Source of the DNA: Deferrisomatales bacterium
GTDB taxonomy: Bacteria > Desulfobacterota > Deferrisomatia > Deferrisomatales > JACRMM01
Assembly (NCBI GenBank): GCA_033551855.1
Contig: JAWSUI010000044.1
Location: 1 to 29,395 of the forward strand
Reading direction: 5' to 3'
DNA length: 29,395 nucleotides
Numbering within the stretch: position 1 is the stretch's first letter; each line of letters begins with the position of its first letter. A program made the translations under genes and the position numbers. Below, piece by piece: positions 14,534 to 25,183 of the stretch. Below the pieces are notes generated by a model. It saw only the letters and a list, made by a program, of their open reading frames with translations. It ran no database searches and was not told the origin of the DNA.

Positions 14534-16551
14534 AGACCGCGTGGGCCGTCCTGGGATTGGTCGCGTGTGGGGTGCTGGGTTTCGGCGCGGGGGCCGTCGC
14601 CGTGCTGGCCCGGGGGCTTCCCCAGGTCTCCGCCTTGGAGGACTTCTCGCCCCCTTCCTCCACGCGGGTCTTCGCCTCCGACGGGACCCTCCTGGCGGAG
14701 TTCGCCACCCAGCGGCGCACCCCGGTGCCCCTGGAGAAGGTGCCCCCGGACCTCGTCCGGGCCGTGCTGGCCATCGAGGACCACCGGTTCTTCGACCACA
14801 TGGGGATCAACGTCGGCCGGATCCTCAAGGCACTGGCCGTGGACGTGCTGGAGGGCCGCCTGGCGGAGGGAGGCTCCACGATCACCCAGCAACTGGCCAA
14901 GATGCTCTTCCTCAGCCCCGAGAAGACCCTGACCCGAAAGGTGCGGGAGGCCATCCTGGCCCTGGAGATCGAGCGTCGCCACACCAAGGACGAGGTCCTC
15001 GCCTTCTACCTCAACCAGATCTACCTGGGCAACGGCGCCTACGGCGTCGCCGCGGCGGCGGAAGTGTACTTCCGGAAGCCCCTGGGGGAGCTCAGCCTGG
15101 CGGAGTGCGCCCTGCTGGCGGCCCTGCCGAAGGCCCCGTCCCTGTACGATCCCTTCCGCAACCCCGACCGCGCCCGGGCGCGGCGCGACCTGGTGCTCGG
15201 CCGCTTGGCCGTCCTGGGCTGGGCTTCGTCGGCGGAGCTGGAGGCCGCGAGGGCAACCGCCCTCCCGGCGCCGGCACCCAGCCGGCCCCGCACGGAGGCC
15301 CCTTACTTCGTGGAGGCCGTGCGGCGGCGGCTGCTGCAGCACCTGGAGCTCGATCTGGTCTACCAGGGGGGACTGCGGGTGTACACGACCCTGGACTCGC
15401 GGCTCCAGCGGTCGGCGGACGCCGCCCTCGCCCGCACCCTGGAGGCCCTGGACAAGCGCCAGCCGCGGCGCGTTCCCCCGGCGCAGGGGGCCGTCGTGGC
15501 CCTCGACCCCGCCACGGGGGCGGTGCGGGCCCTCACCGGTGGGCGGGACTGGAGGGAGAGCTCCTTCGACCGGGCCCTGCAGGCCCGGCGTCAGCCGGGG
15601 AGCGCCTACAAGCCCTTCGTCTACATGGCAGCCCTCGAGGCCGGCTACAGCCAGGCGGCCACGGTCCTGGACGCCCCGGCCCGCTTCCCCGGGGCTTCCC
15701 CGAGGGAGCCCTGGGAGCCGCGCAACTACGACCGGGAGTTCCTGGGGGAGATGACCCTGCGGAAGGCCCTTTCCCTGAGCCGCAATCTCCCGACGATCCG
15801 CCTCATGGCCGACGTGGGGAAGCACAGGGTGGACGACGCGGCCCGGCGCCTCGGACTGGAGGGCCCCCTGGGGGAAGGCCTCGCATCCGCGCTCGGGGTC
15901 GGCGGCACGACGCTCCTGGAGCTCACCCGCGCCTACGCCGCCCTGCCCGCCGGGGGGTTGCTCCCGGAACCCCACCTGATCCGGGCGGTGTACGGGCCGG
16001 ACGGCCGCAACCTCTGGCCCCGGCCGCCCGGGCCCAAGCGGGTCCTCGATCCGGCCACGGCGTACGTCCTCGCCGACATGCTCCGTGCGGTCGTGGAGAC
16101 GGGCACGGCGACCCGGGCGCGGGCCCTGCCCTTCCCGGTGGCCGGGAAGACCGGCACCACCGACGACCAGCGCGATGCCCTGTTCGTCGGGTTCTCGAGC
16201 CGGCTGGCCGCAGGGGTCTGGGTCGGCCGGGACGACAACTCGCCGCTGGGCGCCGGCGAGACCGGGTCCCAGGCGGCGCTCCCCGCCTGGATCGACCTCA
16301 TGATGGCCTCGGCTGCCGACGGGCCGCCCCCCCCGTGGCCGGCCCCCCCGGCGGTGCTGACGGCCCGGATCGACCTGCTCTCGGGCCAGCGGGCCGGACC
16401 CGCCTGTACCGAGACGGCCTACGCCGTGTTTGTCCGCGGGACGGAGCCGGCAGCCGACTGCACCCGCGAGGGCTTCCAGTGGGAGCGGATGACCGATCGG
16501 GTCCGCCTGGGCACCTCGGGAATCCCCCGCCCAAGGGGCCTGCCCCTGTGA
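14530..16551 (+). CDS. Class A penicillin-binding protein (PBP1A family)
   Basis: 673 aa. Transglycosylase motifs EDHRFFDH, GGSTITQQLAK, RKVRE and YLNQIYLG; transpeptidase motifs SxxK (GSAYKP), SxN (SRN) and KTG (GKTGTT). Confidence 0.95.
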   Translation: MKTAWAVLGLVACGVLGFGAGAVAVLARGLPQVSALEDFSPPSSTRVFASDGTLLAEFATQRRTPVPLEKVPPDLVRAVLAIEDHRFFDHMGINVGRILKALAVDVLEGRLAEGGSTITQQLAKMLFLSPEKTLTRKVREAILALEIERRHTKDEVLAFYLNQIYLGNGAYGVAAAAEVYFRKPLGELSLAECALLAALPKAPSLYDPFRNPDRARARRDLVLGRLAVLGWASSAELEAARATALPAPAPSRPRTEAPYFVEAVRRRLLQHLELDLVYQGGLRVYTTLDSRLQRSADAALARTLEALDKRQPRRVPPAQGAVVALDPATGAVRALTGGRDWRESSFDRALQARRQPGSAYKPFVYMAALEAGYSQAATVLDAPARFPGASPREPWEPRNYDREFLGEMTLRKALSLSRNLPTIRLMADVGKHRVDDAARRLGLEGPLGEGLASALGVGGTTLLELTRAYAALPAGGLLPEPHLIRAVYGPDGRNLWPRPPGPKRVLDPATAYVLADMLRAVVETGTATRARALPFPVAGKTGTTDDQRDALFVGFSSRLAAGVWVGRDDNSPLGAGETGSQAALPAWIDLMMASAADGPPPPWPAPPAVLTARIDLLSGQRAGPACTETAYAVFVRGTEPAADCTREGFQWERMTDRVRLGTSGIPRPRGLPL

Positions 16552-17969
16552 TCCGGCCCCTCTTCCCGTGCCTGGAGGCCGAAGCGGCCTTTCTCGCCGC
16601 CGCCGGGCGCTCGTACCCTTTCTTCCTGGACAGCGGGGGAGGGCCTCCCCGGCTCCGCCGCCGGTCCTTCGTGGGGGCCGACCCCTTCCTGGTGGTCCAC
16701 GCCAAGGGGGGCCGGGCTCGCCTGGCCTGGCCCCGGACCGGCCGCGAGGAGCAGTGGTCGGGCAGCCCCTTCGACCTTCTGCGGCGCCTCCTGCGCGACC
16801 ACGCGTCCGCGGAGCCCGGCCCCTTCCCCCTGGCCCCCGGCGGGGCCGTGGGCTACCTCTCCTACGACCTCTTCCCCTTCGTGGAGGACATCCATCGCTG
16901 CGTCACGGACGACTTGGGGATGCCCGACCTCTTCCTGGCCCTGTACGACGCCGTGGCCGTCTTCGACCACGAGACCGGCCAAGCCCACCTGGCGACGAGC
17001 GACTGGGGAGGACCCGCGGGGCCCCGGGAGGAGCTGCGCTCGTTCTGGTCGGGGCTGCGCCCGCAGACGGCCGACCGGGCCGGGGGAGGGCAGCCTCCAG
17101 GCGCTCCCTCCGGAGCCGTCGGCCTCGCGTCGGGCTTCACCCCGGAGGGGTACCGCCGGGCGGTGCGGCAGGCCAAGGAGCTCATCGCCGCGGGCGAGAT
17201 CTACCAGGTGAACCTGTCGCAGCGCTTCTCCGTTCCCTTTCGGGGGGATCCCCTGGGCTTCTACCAGCGCCTCCGGCGCACCAGCCCCGCGCCCTTCGGG
17301 GCCTGCCTGTTTCCGGACGGCTTCGCCGTGCTCTCCAACTCCCCGGAGCGCTACCTGCTCGTCGAGGGAGACTACGTGGAGACCCGCCCCATCAAGGGAA
17401 CCCGCCCCCGGGGCCGCACCGCGGAGGAAGACCGGCGCCTGGTCCGGGAGCTCCGCCGGAGCGCCAAGGAACGGGCCGAGCACGTGATGATCGTGGACCT
17501 GGAGCGCAACGACCTGGGGCGGGTCTGCACCTATCGGTCGGTCCACGTGCCGGAGCTCGAGGCGGTGGAGTCCTATGCCAACGTCCACCACCTGGTGTCC
17601 ACCGTGGCGGGCCGGGTCCACCCCTCCCGCGACGCGGTGGACTGCATCCGGAACTCCTTTCCCGGGGGGTCCATCACGGGAGCCCCCAAGGTGAGGGCCA
17701 TGGAAGTGATCGAGGAGCTCGAGCCGACCGCCCGGGGCGCGTACTGCGGGTCCATCGGGTACGTGGACTTCTCCGGGCGTCTGGACCTCTCGATCGCCAT
17801 ACGCACCGCCGTCCTCCGGGCAGAGTGCCTCCACTTCCAGGTGGGCGGGGGGATCGTGGCCGATTCGGACCCCGAGGAGGAGTACCAGGAGACCTTGACC
17901 AAGGCGCAGGCCTTCCTGAAGGCCCTCACCGGCGAGGGGCGGGTGTGGAGCGAACCTCCTACTGCCTGA
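16548..17969 (+). CDS. pabB: Aminodeoxychorismate synthase component I
   Basis: GTG 16548 (GTGA overlap); 473 aa. FFLDS, GYLSYDL, GEIYQVNLSQRF, SPERY, PIKGTRPRG (PabB-type), AEHVMIVDLERNDLGRV, FPGGSITGAPK and GGGIVADS. Confidence 0.88.
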   Translation: MIRPLFPCLEAEAAFLAAAGRSYPFFLDSGGGPPRLRRRSFVGADPFLVVHAKGGRARLAWPRTGREEQWSGSPFDLLRRLLRDHASAEPGPFPLAPGGAVGYLSYDLFPFVEDIHRCVTDDLGMPDLFLALYDAVAVFDHETGQAHLATSDWGGPAGPREELRSFWSGLRPQTADRAGGGQPPGAPSGAVGLASGFTPEGYRRAVRQAKELIAAGEIYQVNLSQRFSVPFRGDPLGFYQRLRRTSPAPFGACLFPDGFAVLSNSPERYLLVEGDYVETRPIKGTRPRGRTAEEDRRLVRELRRSAKERAEHVMIVDLERNDLGRVCTYRSVHVPELEAVESYANVHHLVSTVAGRVHPSRDAVDCIRNSFPGGSITGAPKVRAMEVIEELEPTARGAYCGSIGYVDFSGRLDLSIAIRTAVLRAECLHFQVGGGIVADSDPEEEYQETLTKAQAFLKALTGEGRVWSEPPTA

Positions 17970-18805
17970 TCGGCGAAGCGCTGGTCCCGGAAGCCGAGGC
18001 CGCGGTCTCGGTGCGGGACCGCGGCTTCCTGTACGCGGACGGCCTGTTCGAGACCGTCCGGACGTACGGCGGGAGGGCGTTCCGCCTGCGCCGCCACTGG
18101 GAGCGGCTCGCCGCCTCCGCGGCCTTTCTCGGCATCCCCGTGCCGGAGGTCGATCCCGCCGCGCTGATCGCGCGCCTGCTCGAGGGTAACGGCCTGCGGG
18201 ACGCGAGCGTGCGCGTGACCCTCACCCGCGGGCCGGAGCCCCCGGGACCGCGCCCCGGCCCTAGCCCCGTCACCCTGGTCGCCCAGGCCCGCCCCCTCCG
18301 GCCGGGGCTCGCGGCGCTTGCGGAGAGGGGTTGTGCGGGCCGGCGGCTCCCCTGGCCCTTGCGTGCGCGCGGCATGCCCCTACACTCCCACAAGACGCTG
18401 GCGTACCTTCCGAGCGTGCTGGCCCTCGGGGCGGTCGGCGCCGACGACGAGCCCATCCTCGAGAACACGGACGGCCACCTGGCCGAGGGCGCCACCGGCA
18501 ACCTCTTCTGGCTGCGGGAGGGGGAGTTGTGCACCCCCCACCCGGACGCCGGGTGCCTGCCGGGCGTGGCCCGGGAGCTGGTGCTGGGGCTGGCTCGGGA
18601 GCAGGGCCTCCCCACCCGGGAGGGGTTCTTCCCCTGGGAGGAGTTGGCCCGGGCGGACGAGGCCTTCCTCACCAACGCGGTGGTGGAGATCGCCCCCCTC
18701 GTGCGCCTCGAGGGGGAGACCCTGGGGGCCGGGGGGCCGGGCCCGGTGACCCGGGGGCTCCAGGCCCTCTACCGGAGCCGGGTGGAGGCCGAGGCAGGCG
18801 CGTGA
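17945..18805 (+). CDS. pabC: Class IV PLP aminotransferase / aminodeoxychorismate lyase-like
   Basis: GTG 17945; 286 aa. DRGFLYADGLFETVR, HWERL, HKTLAY (PLP Lys), EGATGNLFW, CLPGVAR and DEAFLTN. Directly follows pabB. Confidence 0.8.
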   Translation: MERTSYCLIGEALVPEAEAAVSVRDRGFLYADGLFETVRTYGGRAFRLRRHWERLAASAAFLGIPVPEVDPAALIARLLEGNGLRDASVRVTLTRGPEPPGPRPGPSPVTLVAQARPLRPGLAALAERGCAGRRLPWPLRARGMPLHSHKTLAYLPSVLALGAVGADDEPILENTDGHLAEGATGNLFWLREGELCTPHPDAGCLPGVARELVLGLAREQGLPTREGFFPWEELARADEAFLTNAVVEIAPLVRLEGETLGAGGPGPVTRGLQALYRSRVEAEAGA

Positions 18806-19938
18806 GCGGGGCCGCGCGGGTCGCACGGGTGGGGTGCCCGGGGTACGGGGACGCGGAACGGGCGTTCCGGCGGGCCCTGGACCTCCTCACCGGGGCGGGG
18901 GACGGCCCCTTCGGGGCCCGAGGGGAGCCGCTGCTGGTGAAGCCCAACCTCCTGGCCGCCCACCCCGCCGACCGGGGCGTGACGACCCACCCGGCGCTGG
19001 TGGACGCCGCCTTGGCGGTGGCGGCCGACGTGGGGGCACGGGCGGTCGTGGCGGACTCCCCCGGGCTCGGGTCGGCCGAGCGCGTGGCCCGGGCCTGCGG
19101 GGTGGCCCGGGTGTGCCGGCGCCACGGCGTGCCCCTTGTGGACCTGGGGGCCGGGCCGGGGACCTCGGTGTCCGGCGCCACCTACCGGGGGCTCGTGCTG
19201 GCCCGCGAGGCCGTGGAGGCCCGGTGGCTGTGGAATCTCCCCAAGTGGAAGACCCACACCATGATGGGGCTCACCCTCGGGGTGAAGAACCTGTTCGGGT
19301 GCGTGCCGGGCAAGCGCAAGGTCGCGGCGCACTTCCGGGCCGGGAAGGACCCCGCCCTCTTCGCCCGGCACCTGCTCGACGTGGAGGCCGTTCTTCGGCC
19401 GTGCCTGACCGTTCTCGACGGGGTCGTGGCCATGGACGGCCCGGGGCCCAGCCGGGGGCGGCCCGTGGGCCGCGGGCTCCTCTTGGCGTCGGCCGATGCC
19501 CCGGCCCTGGACGCGGAGGCGACCCGGCTGTCGGGGTTCGCCGCCGAGGACGTCCCCACCGTGGCCGAGAGCCTGCGGTCCGGTCGGGTGGTCCCGGCCC
19601 GCGTGCAGGTCCTCGGGGACCCCGCCGAACCCCTGCGGTTCGAGCCCGCGGCGGGGAGCCCCTGCGACTGGCCCCTGCCCGGTTTTCTCAAGCGATGGGT
19701 GCGGGGGGCCGTCTCCCCCTCCCCCCGGTTTCGGGCCGCGCCGTGCACCGGGTGCGGGGTCTGCGTGGACGCGTGCCCCGCCGGCGCCCTGCGGGCGGGC
19801 ACTCCGCCGGAGCTCACCCAGGAGACGTGCATCCGCTGTTACTGCTGCCAGGAGCTGTGCCCGACCGGGGCCGTGCAGGTGCCCCGGCGGCGGTTTCCGG
19901 GCTTTGTGTCGGGCAGGGGAGGAGGGAGTCGGCGATGA
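18802..19938 (+). CDS. DUF362 domain protein with C-terminal 2x[4Fe-4S] ferredoxin
   Basis: 378 aa. LLVKPNLL, VTTHP, DSPG, NLPKWKTH, TLGVKNLFGCVPG, DGVVAMDGPGP, followed by CTGCGVCVDACP and CIRCYCCQELCP. Confidence 0.92.
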   Translation: MSGAARVARVGCPGYGDAERAFRRALDLLTGAGDGPFGARGEPLLVKPNLLAAHPADRGVTTHPALVDAALAVAADVGARAVVADSPGLGSAERVARACGVARVCRRHGVPLVDLGAGPGTSVSGATYRGLVLAREAVEARWLWNLPKWKTHTMMGLTLGVKNLFGCVPGKRKVAAHFRAGKDPALFARHLLDVEAVLRPCLTVLDGVVAMDGPGPSRGRPVGRGLLLASADAPALDAEATRLSGFAAEDVPTVAESLRSGRVVPARVQVLGDPAEPLRFEPAAGSPCDWPLPGFLKRWVRGAVSPSPRFRAAPCTGCGVCVDACPAGALRAGTPPELTQETCIRCYCCQELCPTGAVQVPRRRFPGFVSGRGGGSRR

Positions 19939-21593
19939 GGGGAGTCTATGTGGGGATCGACGTGGGGGGCACCCACACCGACGGGGTGGCGGTGGAGGGG
20001 ACGAAGATCCTCCACAAGGTGAAGGTCCGCACCCGCGAGAGCCTGCAGGAGTGCACCCTCGACGCCCTGCGCCAACTCCTCGAGGGGGTGCCGACCCCGG
20101 ATATCCGGCGGGTCGTCCTCTCCACGACCCTCGTCACCAACGCGGTGGTGGAGAGCCTCCTGGAGCCCGCGGCGATGCTGGTCACGGCCGGCCCGGGCAT
20201 GCAACCCTCCTCCATGCTCCCCAACGGCGCCTCCCGCGTCGTGCGGGGGGCCATGGACCACCGGGGCCGGGAGATCGCCCCCCTCGACGAGGCGCAGGTC
20301 TGCGCCGAGCTGGACGGGCTCCACCGGCAGGGGATCCGGGTGCTGGCCGTGGTGGGGAAGTTCTCGATCCGCAACCCGGCCCACGAGCTCCGGATCGCCG
20401 AGCTGGCCGGGGACCGCTTCGACTACCTGGCCCTCGGCCACGGGCTCTCGGGCGCCCTGAACTTCCCCCGGCGGGCGGCGACCGCCTTTCTCGCGGCCTC
20501 GGTGTGGCGGCGCCACAAGGGGTTCATCGAGTCGATGGCCTCCGCCCTCGAGGGGTTCGGGATCCGGGCGCCCCTGTATCTCTTGCGAGCCGACGGCGGG
20601 ACCCAGCGGGCCCTGTCGTTCCGCAACCCGGCCGAGGGGTCCCTGTCCGGGCCGGCCGCGAGCGTAATGGGCATCCAGGCGCTCGACGCCGTGGCCCAGG
20701 ACACCATCGCCCTCGACATCGGGGGCACGACCACCGACATCTCCCTCTACACGGCAGGCGCTCCCCTGCTGGAGCCCCGGGGAGCGACGATCGGCCCCTA
20801 CCGAACCCAGATCCGCTCCCTCTACACCCGCTCCCTGGGGGCAGGGGGCGACAGCCTGATCCAGGCGGTGGACGGGGTGATCCGGGTGGGACCCCGCCGA
20901 CTGGGCCCCCCGGCTTCCCTGGGGGGAGAGCACCCCACGCCGACCGACGCCCTGGTGCTCTTGGGCCGGGCGCTGGGGAACCGCGCGCGGGCCGCGGAGG
21001 CCCTGCGCCCCATCGCCGCCTCCGCGGGTATCGGCGAGGAGGAGTGCGCCCGCCGGGTACTCCAGGCCCTTGCGCGGCGGATCGCCGACGCCGCGGCCGC
21101 CTTCATCGAGGAGGTCAACGCCAAGCCGGTGTACACGATCCACGAGCTCCTGGAAGGCCACCGGGTCCGCCCCGTGCGGGCCGTCGCCGTCGGGGGGCCC
21201 GCACGGGCCATCGCCGCCTACGTCGAGGAGGCCCTGGACCTGCCCGTGCACGTGCCCAACCACTTCGACGTGGCCAATGCGGTGGGGGCGGCGCTCTCCC
21301 GGGTCAACCTGGAGGTCAACGCCGTGGCCGACACCGCCCTGGGGCGGCTCTCGATCCCGGAGGCAGGGGTTCACCGGAAGATTTCCCGGGACTGCTCCCT
21401 GGACGAGGTCCGGGCCGAGGCCGAGGAGACCCTGATGGGTCTGGCCCGGGACGCCGGGGTTTTGGACCCGGAGGCGTTGCCGGAGGTGGTCGAGCAGGAG
21501 AGCTTCCGAATCGTGGAAGGGTTCTCCGCGGTCGGCAGCGTCCACCGCCTGCGGGTCCAGATCCGCCCGGGGATCCTGGGACGGATCGAGTGA
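19935..21593 (+). CDS. Hydantoinase A/oxoprolinase family ATPase (HyuA-like)
   Basis: ATGA overlap; 552 aa. GIDVGGTHTD, LSTTLVTNA, LSGPAAS, LDIGGTTTDI, GAGGDS, PTPTDA and VANAVGAA. Confidence 0.92.
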   Translation: MRGVYVGIDVGGTHTDGVAVEGTKILHKVKVRTRESLQECTLDALRQLLEGVPTPDIRRVVLSTTLVTNAVVESLLEPAAMLVTAGPGMQPSSMLPNGASRVVRGAMDHRGREIAPLDEAQVCAELDGLHRQGIRVLAVVGKFSIRNPAHELRIAELAGDRFDYLALGHGLSGALNFPRRAATAFLAASVWRRHKGFIESMASALEGFGIRAPLYLLRADGGTQRALSFRNPAEGSLSGPAASVMGIQALDAVAQDTIALDIGGTTTDISLYTAGAPLLEPRGATIGPYRTQIRSLYTRSLGAGGDSLIQAVDGVIRVGPRRLGPPASLGGEHPTPTDALVLLGRALGNRARAAEALRPIAASAGIGEEECARRVLQALARRIADAAAAFIEEVNAKPVYTIHELLEGHRVRPVRAVAVGGPARAIAAYVEEALDLPVHVPNHFDVANAVGAALSRVNLEVNAVADTALGRLSIPEAGVHRKISRDCSLDEVRAEAEETLMGLARDAGVLDPEALPEVVEQESFRIVEGFSAVGSVHRLRVQIRPGILGRIE

Positions 21594-21604
21594 CGGGGGG
21601 CGGG

Positions 21605-21667
21605 GGGGGACGGAGGACCGAAGACCGAGGACCGAAGACGGAGGACCGAGGACGGGGGACGGGGGAC
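21605..21667 (+). repeat. Nine tandem degenerate heptamers (SGRRGAC)
   Basis: GGGGGAC GGAGGAC CGAAGAC CGAGGAC CGAAGAC GGAGGAC CGAGGAC GGGGGAC GGGGGAC in exact 7-nt register, intergenic. Confidence 0.9.
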
Positions 21668-21700
21668 CGTCACGCGTCACGACACGCGAGGGACAACGGC

Positions 21701-23035
21701 ATGAGACGCCTCAAGGCACCCCACAGGACCGGGATCGTCTTCTTCCCGGCGTTCGACTGGGCCATCTCCCCCACCCACCCGGAGCGGGAGGAGCGGCTCC
21801 TGTACACCCGCGACCAGCTCTTCGAGGAGGGGATCCTGGATGTGGAGGGGATCGAGGAGTACGCGCCGCAGGTGGCGACCCTGGAGGACATCGAACGGGT
21901 GCACACCTGCTTCCCCTCCGCCCGCAAGGTGGTGAGCCCGTCGCACCTCATCTCCGCCGGGGGCGCCATCACCGCGGCCCGGAAGGTCCTGGAGGGCTCG
22001 GTGGAGAAGGCGTTCGCCCTGGTGCGCCCGCCGGGGCACCACGCCCGCCGGGTCGTTCACGGCCTGCGCGGGTTCTGCATCGTGAACATCGAGGCGGTGA
22101 TGATCGAGCACGTGCGGCGCCACTTCGGGAACCTGCGGGTGGCCGTGGTCGACACCGACTGCCACCACGGCGACGGCACCCAGGACATCTACTGGCACGA
22201 CCCGGACACCCTCTTCATCTCGCTGCACCAGGACGGCCGCACCCTGTACCCGGGCTCGGGCTTCCCCGACGAGTTCGGCGGCCCCAACGCCTACGGCACC
22301 ACCCTGAACCTGCCGCTTCCCCCGGGCACCACCGACGACGGCCTGCTGCACGTGCTCGACCACTGCGTCCTGCCCATCCTGGAAGACTGGAAGCCCGACC
22401 TGGTGGTCAACTCCGCCGGCCAGGACAACCACTTCACCGACCCCATCACCGACATGTCCATCACCGCCCAGGGGTATGCGGCGATCACCCGCAGGCTCAA
22501 GCCCCACGTGGCGGTGCTCGAGGGGGGGTACTCGGTCCAGACCGCCCTTCCCTACGTCAACACCGGCATCCTCCTGGCCATGGCCGGGCTCGACACGGGG
22601 GCCCTCGTGGAGCCGGATTACCGGCCGGACCTCTTCCACGAGAGCGAGCGGAGCCGGGAGTACGTGCGCCGCCTCTCCGAGCTCATGCTCGACAAGTACC
22701 GCAACCGGGAGGCCCTGCGCGAGAAGGTCTTCGCGGGCCGAACCCACCACGAGGAGACCCGGGACGTCCACTACGACGGGGAGGGGATCAGCGAAGGCCA
22801 GAAGGAGAGGGTGCGCCTGTGCCGCGCGTGCTCCGGGGTGGTGACCCTGGAGAGCCGGGTGAGCGGCCGGGGCCGCCTCCTCACGGTGGAGCTTCCCCGG
22901 ACCTGCTGCCTGCACTGCCGGGAGGAGGGCGAGAGGGCCTACGGGGAGGCCGGGCTCGGGGACTTCGCGCTGATCGAGCTCCACGACCGGGAGGCCGACC
23001 GCGTGGAGCGCAGGAGCGTGTTCGAGGAGGGGTGA
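21701..23035 (+). CDS. Histone deacetylase/acetylpolyamine amidohydrolase superfamily protein with Cys-rich C-terminal extension
   Basis: 444 aa. HPEREERL, RPPGHHA, GFC, DTDCHHGDGTQ, ISLHQ, YPGSG, SAGQDNH and LEGGY. The tail contains CRAC and CCLHC. Confidence 0.93.
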   Translation: MRRLKAPHRTGIVFFPAFDWAISPTHPEREERLLYTRDQLFEEGILDVEGIEEYAPQVATLEDIERVHTCFPSARKVVSPSHLISAGGAITAARKVLEGSVEKAFALVRPPGHHARRVVHGLRGFCIVNIEAVMIEHVRRHFGNLRVAVVDTDCHHGDGTQDIYWHDPDTLFISLHQDGRTLYPGSGFPDEFGGPNAYGTTLNLPLPPGTTDDGLLHVLDHCVLPILEDWKPDLVVNSAGQDNHFTDPITDMSITAQGYAAITRRLKPHVAVLEGGYSVQTALPYVNTGILLAMAGLDTGALVEPDYRPDLFHESERSREYVRRLSELMLDKYRNREALREKVFAGRTHHEETRDVHYDGEGISEGQKERVRLCRACSGVVTLESRVSGRGRLLTVELPRTCCLHCREEGERAYGEAGLGDFALIELHDREADRVERRSVFEEG

Positions 23036-23050
23036 ACCGCCCGACGAGCT

Positions 23051-24751
<1,701 letters not shown>

Positions 24752-25183
24752 CCCCGCACCCTCCTCTGAGCCGGCCGCCGGCCGGAACCGGCCGGCCCCG
24801 CCGAGGGGGCGATTCTCGTACACAAGCCCACCCCGCGTCCAGAAGGTGCGCGAGGTCTCCTCCCCACCCACTTGCAGCGGTCGGCGGGCATGCTTGGGCG
24901 GGGAGGTGACCTCTCCCAACGCCCGCCGCAGGCCGCCCGCGGCCGCCAGGAGCTCGGCGTTCTCTCGCGTGATCTCCCCCTCGGCGAGCAAACCCAGCAA
25001 ATGCGCCAGAAGCTCGCTGTCCCCCACGCGCCCCCTCCTTCTCCCCACGAACGTCCCGCTCCTCCCTCACTCCCGGACTTGCCGGGCACCAGGCAAGACG
25101 CGCCACCTCGCCCCCGGCGTCAGGCGAGGCGCGATGCCCTTGGTCCTCCTCCCGGTTCCCACGTGCTCGGTGGGACTCTTGGC

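Noticed and set aside
14541..16547. Apparent long N-terminal extensions or fusions of pabB, pabC, DUF362, hyuA, HDAC, phoH and Uma2 in the ORF track
   Set aside because: The extensions are stop-free alternate frames over the upstream gene. True starts are marked by NTGA overlaps or RBSs and by where family motifs begin.
21605..21667. Possible CRISPR or coding repeat
   Set aside because: 7-nt units with no spacers and no cas genes. It lies between a stop (21593) and ATG 21701, and 7-nt periodicity is not codon-phased.
25034..25160. Cluster of GGA/GGAG motifs and small hairpins on the minus strand as a CsrA-binding sRNA
   Set aside because: The GGA motifs are not clearly in hairpin loops, and purine runs are common in this GC-rich DNA.
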